Assembly (NCBI GenBank): GCA_965243045.1
Contig: CBDETR010000004.1
Location: 840,821-904,820 of the forward strand
Direction: 5' to 3'
From: Alphaproteobacteria bacterium
Lineage (GTDB): Bacteria; Pseudomonadota; Alphaproteobacteria; JABAAW01; JAHZMA01
Length of the DNA stretch: 64,000 bases
Shown here: positions 63,060-64,000 of the stretch, piece by piece
Position numbering within the stretch: the first letter of the stretch is position 1
Layout of the letters: the number at the start of each line of letters is the position of its first letter
The notes under the pieces: model-generated
Told to the model about the DNA's origin: nothing
The model's input: the letters and a program-made list of their open reading frames with translations, nothing else
Databases searched by the model: none
Made by a program: the position numbers and the translations under genes

Positions 63060-63567
63060 TTCATTTGAAACTATTCTTAGTTCTGGAGCGATACAAGAAA
63101 ATAATTCAACGACAAAGCTTAAAGAAAAACAGCCAGGTAACAAATCTTACTCAATTGAAGTAACAAATACTGATGAAACATCACTTCTTGATTTTAATAA
63201 AATAGATTTTTTTAGGAAAACTTTCAAACCACCCTATGGGAAAAAAGCCGATTATGCCTTTATTGTAGGAGATAAAGTGATTATTATAGAGTTAAAATGC
63301 AGGGAAAAGCTAGATAAAAAAGACATTAGAAAACAACTTTTATGTTCAAAATCTTTCATAGAATATTGTATTAATTTAAAGAATACATTTCGCAGCAATG
63401 GCACAAAATATGAAATAATATTAATATGCCTTGTAAAAATAGCCGAAAAAAGACCACCTAAAATTGGGCTCACAGAATATATGTCACATAACATCACTTA
63501 TATTTATAGGAAATCAAGCGTTCATTTCAATCAATTAAAAAAATGTAGCGCAATTAATAAACGATAA
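63049..63567 (+). CDS. hypothetical protein with a PD-(D/E)XK-like motif, partner of the ATPase
   Basis: KKADYAFI...IIIELK...KQL; start overlaps the ATPase 3' end. Confidence 0.6.
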   Translation: MMSDSFETILSSGAIQENNSTTKLKEKQPGNKSYSIEVTNTDETSLLDFNKIDFFRKTFKPPYGKKADYAFIVGDKVIIIELKCREKLDKKDIRKQLLCSKSFIEYCINLKNTFRSNGTKYEIILICLVKIAEKRPPKIGLTEYMSHNITYIYRKSSVHFNQLKKCSAINKR

Positions 63568-63589
63568 TTGGGAATTGACAATCTCGTTA

Positions 63590-63730
63590 TTAATAAAGGG
63601 GGGGGTTAAGCCCCAATCTCATCGATATTTCAAGGCACAGCGGGGGGCATTATTATTCGTAAATTGGCAGTAAAACCACCAATTTACTACAAGGGGGTGC
63701 GATATGGCTTCTCGCGATTGAGGCAACGCA
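63590..63730. repeat. partial modular dispersed repeat
   Basis: GGGGGTGCGATATGGCTTCTCGCGATTGAGGCA at 63693, similar to the 52136 unit. Confidence 0.7.
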
Positions 63731-64000
63731 TCTCTCGTAAATTGAAGGACAGTCGCCACATATAAAGGGCTTCGGCTATTGCCTTTGCAAATGGTGGTAT
63801 TTTTTAAGATGCGTTATAATCGGCTTAATAGATAAATTTCTACATGACCGCAATTGGGTAGCTTTGATTTTGAGAATACAGAAGAAAGGTAATGCTGAGG
63901 ATTGCCACCAGAATATTGATAACGTAGCCATAAGAGTTGCTTATTCTTTTGTTCAGAGACAGCATTGTGGTGGGGTGGGATAAAAACTTTGCCTATCTCT

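Noticed and set aside
63815-64000. Open minus-strand frame running off the window end
   Set aside because: About 60 codons with no recognisable motif; cannot be called

Overview
Chromosomal window from an AT-rich alphaproteobacterium, judged from the 16S rRNA, the ccm system I operon, long-form hpf-ptsN and dapD/dapE. 1-21.6 kb is housekeeping: purK/purE, zapE, purA, hisZ, ccmABCDEFGHI (interrupted by a Panacea/SocA-type two-gene module), ptsN, hpf, frameshifted dapE, dapD, uvrD, dnaQ, a sterol-desaturase-family gene, cytochrome c2 and tRNA-Trp. 21.6-23.8 kb is a decayed P4-like integrative element. 23.8-40.3 kb is an aromatic catabolism island: sulfatase/phosphonate hydrolase, thioesterase, SDRs, cyclase, thiolase, CoA ligase, Rieske oxygenase, ferredoxin, and TRAP and TTT transporters, resembling an iad-type indole-3-acetate locus. 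40.4-55.5 kb is a defence/variable island: type III R-M with a nested ATPase+DUF4276 pair, an Abi-P2-like reverse transcriptase, an unannotated ~330-nt run of about ten hairpins ahead of a thermonuclease, and a MORN-repeat gene with an 84-bp VNTR. The window ends with a Tm-1-like gene, a Sel1 gene, a PIN module, a stand-alone 16S rRNA gene and an ATPase+nuclease pair. A modular dispersed repeat (GGGGGTGCG-[variable hairpin]-ACCCCCAAACCCCCGC) recurs at gene 3' ends. All calls come from motif recognition by eye; no database searches or folding programs were run.
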